DNA of 64,000 bases from Marsupella aquatica. Lineage: Eukaryota; Plantae; Marchantiophyta. Below, one piece after another: positions 38,334 through 52,450 of the stretch (positions are counted from its first letter, which is position 1; every line of letters starts with the position of its first letter). A program made the translations under genes and the position numbers. The notes beneath the pieces are model-generated. The model was not told the DNA's origin, ran no database searches, and saw only the letters and a list, made by a program, of their open reading frames with translations. The stretch spans positions 9,771,440 to 9,835,439 of the forward strand of contig OZ316894.1 in assembly GCA_973895155.1 (NCBI GenBank). Reading direction: 5' to 3'.

Positions 38334-40530
38334 TCCTGCCAGTGCGTCGATCCTTTGCCCCTCACGAGCTGCTTGCCCTTTGTGCTGCCTGCTAGTGTTG
38401 CACAATATTCATGCTGCCATACGTTGTTGTTTCTCTGGTGAGTCCTTGTGTCTTTGTATACTGCAGGCATGTGGATCATATAGAATATTTTTGGCTATTG
38501 CTGCGGATGGCAGTGCCACTATGTTGGGTCATACTTTAGGGCAATCTTTTGAGGTTGCCTTATGCATAGATGGCCCGATATTCTGTGGATGGATCAACGG
38601 TTGAGATGGTAGTCATAGTATAGCGGGAAGCTTTTTGGGCATTGGTTCTGGATATTATGTACATGGTATCCTATGTTGTATACATATATCATATGTTTTA
38701 GGTATCATGTCTTTTGTATCATGCAGCTTTGTCTTTTGTATGTCCTCCTTGTTGAGGAAATGCATATTCATGCTAATGCTGATCCCGAGGCTGATGCTCT
38801 CCTCGTCAGCTTATTCTTTTGAGAGAGAGAGAGAGAGAGAGAGAGAGTGTTTGGACCATGGAACTATGATGATATGTACTTTTTGTGTTCATAGTTGAGC
38901 TCTTGGTGCGGTCGTGGACATAGCCCTGAGATGGTGAACCACATATCTTTGTGTCGGTGTGCTAGAGTGTTGAATGAGTGATAATTGTGAGACGTCATGC
39001 TGTCCGTTTTGATCCTACAAGATCTTAGCTACTTGGTGTTGGCCCAAAGTTGTTCAGTTTTCTTCACTATTTTCCTTGTACATTTAGCTAGAGGTAGCAC
39101 ACCTTGGAAAATTTATGCCAAAAAAAACACACTCCTTATGTGCGAGGACCCCGGTTTGGCCTTGACGGGCAAGTCAGCGGTCTGGACCCCCTCACCTGTC
39201 ACTCCGAACACCCGATCGTCCCGACCGCCTGGTCGCAACCTCGCCCCGACCCCACCCCAACGCCCCAACCCCAAACCGGGGGAGCCCAGGACTGGGCCGG
39301 GAAGTGGTTTGGGCGGGGAAGTGGTTTGGGGACCGGCCCGGGAATAAAGACAAATATGTGCCATTTTGCCCCTTTTTGATGAGTTTATACTTGGCCCGGC
39401 AGCTCAACGGGGGCCAGGACAATTGAGAAGACATAATAATGTTGTGGAGTAATATATGGTGGGGCTGAAGTAAAAGCCCTCAAAGTCACTCAGACGACAA
39501 CCACCCTCTTTGAACGGCAGTCACGCATCTCAAGCCACATTCAGGGGCGCATTCCACTAATTGAAAGCTCGATATCTGAACTCTGGATCCACGGACTGGT
39601 TGGTTAATTAATTGGGTTGTTCGATTGCTGTACAGTGGAGGGATGGTGAGAATGATGGTCGGATTGGATGGATATTTTTAGCGTTAACAGTGAACCTGCC
39701 CAAGTCTACCGAGCGATTCCAATGAGTGTCGGTGCTTGCATGCCGCATTACTAAACTTACGTATTGGGCAAGTCAACTTAGTTGTAGCTACAGGAAAATT
39801 GTCGATCACTGAGGTGAAGTTGCTGAGTAACTCCATGAATCACCCCGAAGCAATTTCCAATTGACGTTTTTAATTAGAAGGAGACTGGTTCGAGACTTTC
39901 GGCTTGCAAAAAGGTTCTGTCATTGACACTTGACAGTCGAATGGGGGCCCTCAAACGCAATCCTTTCCAGCTCTCCTCATTCATTTTCTCCAGCTGAGTG
40001 TCGCTGGCCTTCTCTTTTGTTGGTTTCTCAGTTTATCTTTCTCTCACTTGTAAAGTTGCTCAAGCACGCAACCTGACAACATCCAGTCGTTCGTGCTCGA
40101 TCAGTCAAGAATGTATGGATATATTCTATCATCCAGTCAGTACCAGCTGGATTGCTCTTTATTTCTTAGATTGTTAGCTAGCATTGTGTGAATTGCTGTT
40201 CTTGCTACAGTTTTGATTCATAGTTACAGATTTGCAAGTTTCTGAGGGCTGCTCGGGCCAATTAATCCCATTGTACGTCGATCATCCAGTGACTTGCAAA
40301 CCCATTCTTATCGATTGACTAGACTCGTTAATTAACCAAAATTTGGCATGACTGAGCTGAAGAAGCGTCCTTCGGGAAGGACGGTCGGGTTGAGTGACTC
40401 GAAAGCTGGCTGGAATGTACAGGCACCATCATGGATGGATAGTTTCTCTGTTAATTTACTACTGTGAAATCCCTTTCTCGAACTTCTTGTGGGCCCCTGG
40501 GGAAGGGAAAGGCGAGGAGTCAATACGCTT

Positions 40531-40584
40531 TTGCGCTGGTCGTGTGGACGTTGGTGACATTTGCGCTGGTCGTGTGGACGTTGG
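40531..40584. repeat. Short tandem duplication TTGCGCTGGTCGTGTGGACGTTGG
   Basis: Two copies with ~30-bp period. Confidence 0.85.
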
Positions 40585-41313
40585 AACGAGACCTGGAATT
40601 GGAAAGCCAAAGGCGCTGTTGATGCGAAAAAGAGTTTGCTTCGAGCGAGAAAGTGTGAGCTGTTTCATCTCTCCAGCTAGCTGTGTAGCGGTGCTGTTCC
40701 ATTGCCAGAATCATGTATCAAAGCAGTGGCCAGCACCAAAGGCATAGACAATTGCGCAGTCTCCCCGATCTAGATAATACGTTCTTCACACCTGCGGAGC
40801 GCCTACTTATGCAGATCGTGACTTCCTTCAGACACTCATAATGGTTCCAGGGCTCAATTGATAAAGGGCTTAGGCTTGGATTCCTAAAAATCAATTGGTC
40901 CGTATCAATTTTTCCGACTAGTTTTCCTGAAATGTATGACTGGCAGTAGATTTTGCTACGTATGATCTTATTGTCCGACTAAATCTCAAATCAGCCTCGT
41001 GTCATCCACCGTATTGAATTGACCACCGATTGAATGGTCTGGAAAGCATATATATATATATGTTGTTGTCAATTCGATATATATTATCGCAATCAAGAGG
41101 ATACTATTATCTGGTCCATCTCGATCGCAATCGATGTTCCTTTCCAGAGTTGTTAGAATTGAGTTTCAATTTGATGATGTGTTAAGTAAGCAGTTGTGGG
41201 TAGCTCAGGAGGAGCCTTGGAATGACAAGGAAACAGAAGACTGCGACTATCACGGTGGGCTGATAGCTAGGGGACGTATCAATCGAGAGATTGAGACATC
41301 TAGTTGATCGGCA

Positions 41314-44300
41314 ATGAACAAACAACAGAAAACCAAAACGCTATCTTTAGGAAGACTAGCAACGCTGAGCACAATCAAGGAGAATCTGAGGGTCAAGACC
41401 ACGTTCCAAAAGAATGAGTTACCGCCGCCTTCTCCGAACGTACTCCTAAGTCGGCATCCCAACCATTTGAGTGGCTCAGGAGATACGGATTCAGCTCCCT
41501 TGCTCTTCAGTGCCATTTCTAGTTACAAGCCAGAGAAATCACCACGAGGTGCACGAGGAGCTGCAACTTTCGAGGACGACCACGACAGCTCAAATTTTCC
41601 TTCACTTAGACAACCTCCGCATTTAGAAACCAATGGAAGGCGAACTGAGGCACCAGCGGGCCATCACGGTCAATTGCTGACTTCCCCAAGAGGAGGAGAC
41701 AATGTACCTGATGGTCAACAGCAGCAATGCGCAGAAGATTCCGTGCCTGAACTCTTTCCACCGAAGCTACATCGATTGTTTCGCAGCAGTAGTGGGTCGA
41801 AAACTCTACAGCTAGAGCCTGTCACTGAAGCGGACCAGGAGGAGGAGGCTGATGGTCCGGAAGATGCAGACCATGAAAGGTTGCAATTATCAGTGAGGGG
41901 GATTCGTGAGGAAACCTTTTCCCGTACTTCTTTCAGATCCTCTGGTGATGGAGACGATTTTGGGGACCTGCACACGGAGGAGGATTCGGAGGACGAAGAG
42001 TACTGGTCAGTTCCTCCGACAGTCTCCGGCCTTGCAATCGACAGACGAGACCTTGCTACAGGTGGGAGATTCAAATGAGGCCCATACCTTACACCTTATT
42101 AATTTATTCATGCTGGTCTTTCCGTCACCTCTCTCTTCAAAAGAAAGGCCGGAGGTTCTTTCTAAATTCTGAAGGAATGTGATTCAAGAGTGAATGAATT
42201 GCAAGGGATAAATATCGGGCGGTGAGACCAGAAGTTTACATGATCAGAGAGTAAGAGAGAGAGACGGCCAAATATAGGCGTGCCATTCTATCTGGTTGAC
42301 GATCGTTTCGATTCAATTTGAACTTTGGATCCGTATCAGGGGTCCACAGGCAGTGGTTTTACCCCCTAATCACGAGAAATAGCACTGACTAAGTTATTCA
42401 GCTTTCGGCCTTAAAATGAATGTCTTAGCTACAGTTGCTTCTCCGTCTGTCCACAGATGAACTCTTCCATGGCAGACTTAGAAAGGTTTTGAGAACTGAA
42501 ATCACCGTAGGTAGCCCTGTTTTGTTTGATGTCTCTGTGTCAGCACCAACTTTTGTATCACGAGACTTCATCATTTGATCATACCAGTCTTATTCAGATC
42601 GACTTTGTGATGGCTGAGACGATGGCCGGTGCTCAATTTATGTTCTGAGCTGCACATACAAAACAGGTTTCCGTAGGATAGTTCTTTAGGTTTCCAATCT
42701 TAAATTTGGTCGACGTGGGCTGTGATACCAGAGGCAATGTTGGACTGGCTGTTCTAAACAGCTGGCTCCTCTTCGTTCCTGTGTAATCTGTGAATTTCGG
42801 ACGGCTGTGTACTTCAGATACCACTATATCACTTAATTAAATCCTCGCCCAGTGCTTTGTGACCCACAGTCAAGTTCGTTTGGGTGAATTCTTGCATTTT
42901 AAGATATCAGGCGTCTGAATGTGCAACAATTGTACCAATTTGAAATCCATGCGCAGGGGACAAATGGGTACCTCGCCATCCGGACCTGGTGCGGGTGAAA
43001 GGCTACCACCCATTCATCGCCGAGGCCCCGCTAACAACTCTCATGCATTTCGGCTTCTTGACCCCCACATCGCTCCACTTTGTGCAAAACCATGGGCCTG
43101 TCCCGCACGCAGCCTGGGACAATTGGACCGTGGAGGTCACAGGCCTCGTCACAACTCCCAAGACATTCACCATGCGAGACCTCCTTCTCTTTCAGCCAAG
43201 GCGTCTCCCTGTGACGCTAATGAGCTCTGGCAACCGAGGCAAGGAGCTCAGCCGGGTGGGCTCAAGCAAGGAGGTGGAGGGACTCAATTGGGGGCCAGGA
43301 GCTGTGAGTACATCTGTCTGGGGAGGTGCGAGACTACGAGATTTGCTCCGCAGTTGTGGGATTGCTGTTAGTAGGGCTAAGGGCCAGAAGAAGGGAGCCT
43401 CAAGGAGACAGTGTTACGTGAGATTTCTGGGTGCCGACAGATACGGCACAAGTATCCCTTTAGACGTCGCCCTGGATCAGAGCAGGGACGTCTTGGTGGC
43501 TTATGAGCAGAACATGGACCTCTTGACGCCAGACCAAGGGTTTCCTGTGAGGCTGATCGTGCCCGGGTTCGCAGAAGGAAGGAGTGTAAAGTGGCTTCAC
43601 AGGATTGAGATCTCTGATCAAGACTCGGATAATGACTACCACGCTCTTGAGAACCGAATGCTGCCGTCTCACATTGAGGATCTCGAAACTGCACTTTCTG
43701 ACGGTCTGTAAATTTCTCGTCAATTTTCCAAAGTGACATCTGAGATTTCCAATTCAACCACAGAGAGTTCAAAATCAGACCACCTAATGAGTAGTACCGA
43801 AAGAAATACTGCTTTTATTCACACGACTCGTTCGAAAGATGTGGTCGATTATGACTTGACTCTTTGTCTGCCAAACTTGTGATAGCAGGATGGATGAGGA
43901 GGCCTGAGTTCATGGTCAATGATATGAATGTGACCTCTGTAATTTCTTGGCCAGCTCATAACAGCAACATCTTATCCGCCAGCCCTTCAAATCCCATGAA
44001 GGAATATTCTATCAGAGGCTATGCTTATTGTGGTAAGCACACTCTCGAAATCATCTCTAACGTGGTAACTGTGGTGATTAAATGTTCATTTTCCTGGCCG
44101 ACAATGTGGTGCTCGTTGACCAGTGATACAATTCGCTGATAACGTCATACCATTTTAAACCTTCTCGAGCTTGTTTAGTTCATATAATAGTCCCATCAGC
44201 CAACTTAGATCGTTTGATTAGGTGCGCATCTCACCTAAAAATTCTTTTCTATTAAGCCATCGCTCTGAAGTGGGTTCTATTACTTCTTTCTGCCACGACG

Positions 44301-45489
44301 GCCCTTTCAATTCCGTCCCTCATGACCGACCATTCTTTCAGAGATTTCAATCTCCATATATTGACGTTCTATGAAGAAAACTCTACTTAATGAGCTAGGA
44401 TTTTAATACGAAGGCATTCCAGTCACCGAAGAGGTCCTACCAAATGCAATTTTGCAAAAGCCAGATGGCTGGCTGCACTAGCTCGTGATATGCCCCTGCT
44501 AGTAGGCAAGCCCAAACACCTAGGAATGAAGTTGAGTTCAGGTATAATCTCAGTTTTCAACACCGCTTTTCTGGGGTCATTTCTGACAATGAGGCTCAAG
44601 TATGCAGAGAGCATCTCCAACTTGATTTTTCGTGCTGACTTGTGCTGTTGCTTTGTATTTCCAAATCAGGTGCCGGGAAGAAAATTTCTAGAGTAGAAGT
44701 GTCCCTTGATGGAGGAAAGAGCTGGAAACTTTGTGGGGTTGATCACCCAGAAAGGCCTACCAAGTTCGGGAAGTATTGGTGTTGGTGTTTCTGGGAACTA
44801 AACGTGGAAGTGGATGACCTTTCAAGAAGTGCCGAAATAGTGGTGCGGGCTTGGGATTGTGCCATGAACACGCAGCCTGAAGTCTTTGGGTGGAACGTGC
44901 TGGTAACATCCGACATATCCCCTACCATTCTGGCAGCATAATTGTCAGTCCTGTCAACATCTCTTTCATTTTTTGTGCATTGTGACTCGCCCTGTGGAAT
45001 GCTCCAAAGTTGTCGAAACAGTAGACAGATTGCAGCCAAAGGATCTGGTAACTCGTACCCTTTGGTCTACTTGAAACAAAATATGCCTAGAGCCTAGACT
45101 AAACGTACCAACAAATAGAACTGGTCTCGCGTAGGAATTGAATACTTACTCTGCATGGATATAAATGAAAGGTTTGCAAAGTTCAAAGACACAAAACCTT
45201 GAGTTTCACCCACGTGCCCGTGGTTTTTTTCCAGGGCGTGATGAATAATTGCTGGTATAGAGTGAAGATTGTACACGACCCAGTTATAGAGGAGGATGAA
45301 CCACCCACAATAACCTTTGAGCATCCAACTCAGCCAGGGAACATTCCAGGAGGGTGGCTTCGAGAGCCTGTTCGATCAGGGCATGAGATGGAAAATACAT
45401 TTACGGTCAAGTTTAGGAAGTCAGAAAGCTCATCCTCTTTGGATATGGGAGAAAGTTCCCCAAGAACCCCACGGCCGTGGCTTATCTGA
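41314..45489 (+). CDS. Nitrate-reductase-derived protein (N-terminal acidic region, Mo-cofactor domain, dimerisation domain, hinge 1 only); exons 41314-42061, 42957-43703, 43889-44032, 44670-44902, 45235-45489
   Basis: IDRRDLATG|[115 protein letters not shown] introns join in frame; stop follows [10 protein letters not shown]. Confidence 0.85.
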
Positions 45490-46313
45490 GGACCCTGCAC
45501 TATCCAAAGGGTAATTCGAGCAATCAAACTTCCCTTTTGAGCCTCCAGAGGATTAATCAGTGACAATTGTTGCAAACAAGTGGTCTACAGTACTCTCCAG
45601 CCCTTACTCCAGGGCACTCAATTTCAGATTGATCTGCATACTTTGAGAAGAGGCTAAAGTGACACGGCGCCAGTACCGATTTTGAGATGGAAGGCTTGGT
45701 TTGCAGAAGAGGTCAAACAGACGAGGTCATTAAAACATCACTCTGAACTCTGAAGTGGCACGATCGCCTTATGGACGTTCACAACCATTCTTCTAGTGAT
45801 AGTGCAGGTAAGCAAATGTTCGTCAGAATCGGAAACTTGCACATACAGTACAGATCACAAAGACGTAAGCTGGAAATGGGAGCACATTCGAAATGTCTTC
45901 AATTAAAAACTCTTGCCTTTGGACAGGAAACCAAGTCTCAAAAAAGAGACTAATATTGTGCATTCCTAAATACACAGCATGATTGCCCTTGATGATCCTA
46001 CTTTTTGACACAAGTTTTAATTTTATCAGTACCGAGTGGAATCTCAGTGCCATCGAGTGTCTCATGAATTCGCTAGTGTATTCCTCAAGGGGAATCCAAT
46101 CATATATTCTCTGATCGCTTCTGGGATGAGTTTTCGTGTACATATTCTTACCAGATGGTAAGAGACAACACATACGGCAAAGAATAATTTACGAAAGGTG
46201 CTCTCATTAGAATGAAGCGTGCCTCGTTCCTACCAGAGCCGACAAAACTCTCTTGTAGGACTCTGATCAAAGTCATTAGCGGAGAACAATCCACAACACG
46301 AATGTCTTGAAGC

Positions 46314-49300
46314 TTAGTTGTCGCTTCTGTCTGGTTTCACCTTAAGGGCTTGACCAATCCTTAAGCACGTCATAGCATTGCCGGCATTAGAACCACCAGT
46401 TTGGAACGTGCTCATCTCATCTTGCAAACCACTATACAATGTTACCAGGAACTGTTCATTCTCAAGGCCATACAAGTACATACCTTGATCTATCTGCACA
46501 CCACACGTGAAGAAAATTAGCCAACTTCACTTCTACAAAAGCTACTGAAAACACTGTAGTCTATCAAATTACTGACCCTCGAACCAAACGGCAAAACCTG
46601 GTATTGAGAACCAGAGGTAATGCATGACGCATCCTCATGTCCAAGTGTAGATAAGCAGCTACCCGGATCCCAAAATATGGATCGTCGAGAGAGGATCCTT
46701 TAAAGCATTAACTCAAGCCTTGTGATGAATCAGGAGAAAAGGATTTATTCTGGTAGAGAGTTTTGAAACAATTCACGACATGGATGTATCAAAGTTTTCT
46801 CGCGACCCACTAGAGATGATTGCAGTACACAGGAGGTTAAAGATATCTGTGACTTACCTCAGACAAGGAGCAAAAAGCTTCCGGATCTGCCTGCAGTATT
46901 TCACGGGCAGCCTGTCCTGAGCAGGTGGCATATAGCTGTGTCTTTTGGCCTGGATAAGTATCCAACAATAAAGCTGTGAGAAAAAATGTGGGAACAGTGT
47001 CTTTTATTTCACATGTTTGTCTACAAAAGTTGCACATCCAAATGTTGGGAACCGCTTGGCCAATGACTGGGCGTCCACAGCAAGTATGGCAATATTTTAC
47101 TTGCACACCATGTTGCACCAGACTCCCAGTGCGAACCCTGCATACCTGATTTCAAGAGCAAGAAAAATCTCATGAATTCAGCAGCGGTTTGGAGGAAACA
47201 TGTTTGCCTCAAAAGTTCATAACTGTAGGTAATTCTTCGTAGCAGTCCATGGAAACAACGTTTTGACCATATAAAATATAAGAAAAAATTCAAATGAAGG
47301 CTAATACACCTCGGTAAATGTCCTAAGGTCGGGCTTGTAAGAAATACGAAGATAATTCGATGACTACTAGCCTTCTTGGTAAGCCCGTGTCAGTTACTTA
47401 CTTGAACCATGAGAGTCGAAGAAGAGACCTTCGATAAGGGGACAACTCTATGAAGACAAGAAGTTGATAACAACGCAGGAAGCTGCGTCATGTTTACCAA
47501 CGAGACCACTCCATGCTTTTCTGTCCAGGTACACTCCAATCTACAAGAGGCAAGAGAGACCACCGATGAAATCCACGACTTCATGCAAGGGCTCAAATGT
47601 TTACATCGACATCAGAAATTGTTTGATGCTTAGCAAAAACAACATCAGGCCTGGAAGGTCCTACGTAGGCATATCGTAAATTTAAAGTTGCACAATTGTG
47701 TACTTAAACTGCGATCACTGATGGATTCAAAACTATTCATCGTGAGTGTCGTCTCCTATTACCACCTGCGTCATATGCAATACTACAAAGTGGAGCTAAG
47801 CATCGAAAGAGGTCCTGATGGGAGATGTTGTTCTAACGATAAGCTTACACGCCATTTGAACCAATTTTTGTCACAATTCCACTGATGAACAGTATCTGAC
47901 CGACATGCATCTCTCCAGCTGACCTGCACATACCCAGAAGAGACTCAAAAATGCAGAAAGACAGACCTTGTTCTCAATGCTAAAAAGGTTGTCTGCAAAA
48001 ATTGCTTCGTACGCTTGAAGACAACGAAGATCGTACCACTGGTCATTGAAGTGAAGATTGATGTTAAGAACTCCAGTGTTGTCACCAATTCTCATTACAT
48101 ACGCGCAGTTGTATGTTCCCAAATTGTGCTTTACGGTATTGTCCAAGTCAGGAGTTCGCGAGAGGTGGGTGACCAATCCATACAAGGTTACATTTGACAT
48201 CTTGGATCGCACGCTTTCGACCAAGAGCTGTGAGTCATGCGGTATGGTAAGAAAATACACAGCAAAGATGCTTCCCTATTCAAGTCTTAGTATCAACTTG
48301 AATGTTGCAGAGACAGATACGACGACTACTAATGGCTGCAGTTGGCCCTGGAATGAGAATGAATAAGTAGCTTCAAAGATTATGGACCTTCTCGGGACCA
48401 GACAGAAACTTTCTCGATACTAAGGCAACAATTCAGGCAGGCCGACAAGTGGATTCCCATACATGTAATTGAAAAACACTTTTAAACATTATTACATCTA
48501 GATGGGTCACAGCATAGGGACCAATGATAGAAGTTGCCCCGGAAACAGCTGGTACAGGAGGTGAGCAGCATACCCTTTGACCCTTCTCAAGGGATTCTAT
48601 TGTGTTGGTTTGGAGTTGATTCTCTTCTCCCGTTGCCTTTGAACACCATGCCAGGGCGCTTCGTTAGCTTATTGCACTTCCTAAATGAAGAGAATGGCAA
48701 ACTTGCATCTCTTCATAAGAGAATGCTGAAAACTGCATTTCAAACAACTGAAGAAACCATTTAAAGAAGAGCTGATAGGATGGAGTTGACAAGTAGTGGC
48801 AGAGTTTCTTCAGTTTCTTCAACAACACCCAAATTCTTGCACGTGAACAAAGTGACTGAAGGAAGGGTCATCCAAACACCAAAACAATGCAAGAATCTCA
48901 GCAAAATACCTGCTCTCCCACGGGCACGAATGGGACGGTGTACAGCCTTGTGTTAATCTTATACTCGAAGAAGAGTCCAGATACCGTGCAATTGTCACTT
49001 TCCAGTTCACACACAATCCAAGGACGCTCAATTGCTACCATGCTTCCTTTGCTGCTCTTCATCACAAACAAAAACAGAGGAACCTGAGATTGTTTGCACG
49101 ACCGTCAGCAATTGATAGCCTATCCTTCTAGATGTTTTCATTGGGGCACCTAGAAGGCATTTGAAGAGGGCTGATGTCATTGACTCCACGGTATAGTGGC
49201 TGGCAACAAAAACCCTTCACTTACTGCATGCGATAGGGATCCCCTGTTGGGGCACACTAGCCTTACGCAGATGGATAGGAGATTCATGGAATAGCAACTC

Positions 49301-51199
49301 CGAAACTTTTGCAGTGAAATTGGTCTGGTCAGGCAAGGTCTGAGTCCACTTAATCCTGAAGAGAGCAATTACCTGAGCAGATCACTTAAAGAAACCTGGT
49401 CATTCCAAAGAAAGAAAGGCAGAGCATCCCCATTGTCATCACGTAGAGTAAGTCGACGATGCAGCCCAACGACTTCTATTTCCTCCACCCTAAACAACAC
49501 CCTCTAATGAGTTAGTCTCAGGCTTCCTCAAAGCATCTAGACAACTCTGATATTGAGCCAATGAATACATACAATCACAAGATCAGACTACAGATTCTTG
49601 ACAATGTTGCCAGAATCAGCTCAATAGCACGATCTCTTTCCAGAAAAATAATTGGCACCGCAACATGTTTCCAAACAGGCAGATGCCTTATTGAACTAGA
49701 CAATGTGTTGTACAAAGACACGAAGGATTGCGCCCTAGATACCTTGCATAAAAATAGAAGTCTGTGCCTGCTTTAATGTTGCTCAGCTGTATGCTCGAGA
49801 AGTAGTCGTTACAAAACTTAGCACCCAATAATACAACGTCGTCTTCGTGCTCCTGCGAATTGCCAATCAGTACGACAAAAAAACCGTAGGTGGGGGTTTG
49901 ACTGAGAAGCTTTTTTCAAGCAAGCCGAGAATATTGAAAGGCCATGAGATCTAGGGATAAAACAAATTGCGAAGTGCCCAGCAAATTTGTCGAAGAGATT
50001 AATTTATCTCAGTCCCTAAAAGCAGCGTACACAATAGGTTTGGGAAGGCATGAAACCACACCTCATCCAACACGATCACAAGGAACTCCGTCGGCAGTAA
50101 TCGCGGTGGAACTGAACCCCAATTAGGTGCATTATTCAATCCACATCCGGTGAGGCGGATCTCCCTGGACTTTTTCAGGATCCCTTCTTTTTCATCAACG
50201 AGATCATAAAACCTGCGATATCCAGTACAGTGGCATCTTGATTAGAAAGAGCGTTTGTGCTCGAAAATGGTGCTGGTATCTGTGGCCTGGTGAAGCAAGC
50301 AGATATGTACCGAAGTGGGCTTAAAATTGAATCCCAAGGACCAGAATGGCCTGGGAAGGATGAGATTGGAATTGGAAGACAAATTACTTGCTGTGGAGAT
50401 ACATTTCAATGGTGTTGAAGCTCCATGCGTCTCCAAGGGTGAGCAAACAATTCGTAGTGCCTGTATTACAGACCAAAATTCAGCTCAACTGATGTTGCAC
50501 ATAAAAACTCACTACGAATGAAGAGGTTGCCATTCTTGTTCACTTGAAGCCAATTAAAAGCACATCCTTTACAATGCACAAATTTTCGTTTGGATCCTTG
50601 CTCAGAAACTTCATGCCCTTCCCTTTGGCCAAAAACAAAGCTAGAAATGGTAAGTAGAACGAAGGCTCCCATGGGAATTGATTGACCAACCTGGAAGGAT
50701 CTGAACATCGAGAATGACGACATCCAAAACAGCCTCCAAGGCAACGAATTTGCTCTCTAATATGGAATCGATAGATGTCACCTTCGTGCCCAGCGGCTGC
50801 TTTTGCTTCCGGAGCTGATAACCATCATTACTCCTCGAATCTGAACCGCTTCTGCCCGTGAATCTAACGCATCTTTCGATGCGGACCCTCTCCAGCCAGG
50901 ACTAATCACACCCAATCACCAGATCTAAGTTCGAATTCCAAGTCTAAAGAACACAGAATGGAAAAAATTAACGACAATAGGACCGAACTTAAAGGGCCTA
51001 CCTCATACAGGTCCGAGAGCAAAATAGCTGATGTGACACCACCTGGATAAGCTTTGCAGCAGCTCAAAAGCCTCGAGCAAACCCAGCTCCAGCTAGGCTG
51101 ATTAATTTGAGTATCCTCCTGCAGTTCTTTCTGGAAACTTTCATAGAGCATCCGTCTGGCAGTCTCCACGAAGGATACAAACACATCATCCGCACTCAT
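46314..51199 (-). CDS. Plant multi-OB-fold nucleic-acid-binding protein (CDC24_OB-type) with C4 zinc ribbon; multi-exon
   Basis: First exon PSWSWVCSRLLSCCKAYPGGVTSAILLSDL; later exons MYLHSK|FYDLVDEKEGILKKSREIRLTGC..PRLLPTEFLVIVLDE, NVTLYGLVT, CHTCC..WMCNFC; last exon IDQGMYLYGLENEQFLVTL. GT/AG sites checked for several exons, not all resolved. Family assignment is from recognition only. Confidence 0.75.
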
Positions 51200-52084
51200 C
51201 TCTCTCGTTATCTACCACAAGCTTAAGGTGTTTGTCATTAACTGAGCAGGCAAACCATCGAAGAATTAAGGGACTATTCCTAAATCTCAGTCACTCTCTC
51301 CGGTCCAGTCTGTTCCTCGAATTCCGTCCACCCAAGAGTCAGTCCGGGGTTTAACACTGCAAAGCTACAACAGACTCTACATGTTGAGCACTATCTCCGC
51401 CCCGCACAAATAATGGAGTTTCCAAGTCATTCACTCTTCCTGTAGCCGCTTAACATAGAGTTTAACTTCACCTTACTGAATGTAGGTTTCTTCAATCTTC
51501 TTCTTATTTTCTCGCGCTTTATTACCTTGACTGACCGTGCATTCCTGTCCCGTTGCAGCTAATCAATCCTCTCCCATCGGTCCAATGCACCTTTGGCTAG
51601 CATCCAGAGATAAAACTCAGTGACAAGAATTCCTCTCTCGACGTCCAGGCTCTCTTATACGCAAAAACTCCTGTGCCCAATACGACCCGTAGTACGCGTT
51701 TTTCAAATCTCAAGTGACGATACGTGGGCAAGAAATATTCCTGATAAGATATTCGAATTCCCCCCTTCTCCAACACTCATTCATTTCTGTCCCCATGCTT
51801 CTCGTGTACTCCCCCTATCTCTATCTCATGGGTTGTTGTTCTCTGTTACCTTCTGCTGCCTTCAATGTAAGCTCAGCACGACAATCAATCGGCACGCTCC
51901 CGAATTGCCACCCTCTTCTTCCCCACAGTCCTCTGCCAGCCTCTCTCTCGCTCCCTGTCGTCCATCTTCCGGAAAGCCTACAAATGGTCCACCCTTCTTC
52001 GTCAAACTGGAAAGCAGAAATGTGCCCAGTGTCAAGCCACCATTGACGAGAAAACAAGCCCCCACAAAATGGGCTCCAGCCGCA

Positions 52085-52450
52085 GCCCTCAGCTGCCTCC
52101 CTGCCTACCTCCCTGCTACTGCTGCCTCCCTGTCTCCCTGCCTGCCTTGCCTGCCTGCCTGCCTTCTGCTTCTGCCTCCTGCCCCTGCCCAAGGAGCATC
52201 ACCCAGGTAATCAACAGTGCTCTGTAACAAGTAGTGAATGGCCAGCAATCTAGCTCCCCAAACACACACACGCGTGATGATCTATGTACAATGGTGTTGC
52301 TTTGCTTTGCCTCTCCGATCTCTCCTCTCTCGTCTATCATCACTCTCTACTTTCTCCTCTCCACTCGGTCTCCTCTTCTCTCCTCGCCAATCCTCTTTCT
52401 TCAGCTCCTCCTGCCTTTGATGAATCCTCCTCTCCTCTCCTCTCCTCTCC
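52085..52450. repeat. (CCTG)n and CT-rich low-complexity tract
   Basis: Direct reading; lies upstream of the OB-fold gene. Confidence 0.7.

Noticed and set aside
41314-45489. Plant sulfite oxidase or functional NIA gene
   Set aside because: Motifs and hinge are NR-type, but the Mo-binding Cys and the heme/FAD domains are missing, so no gene symbol is assigned.
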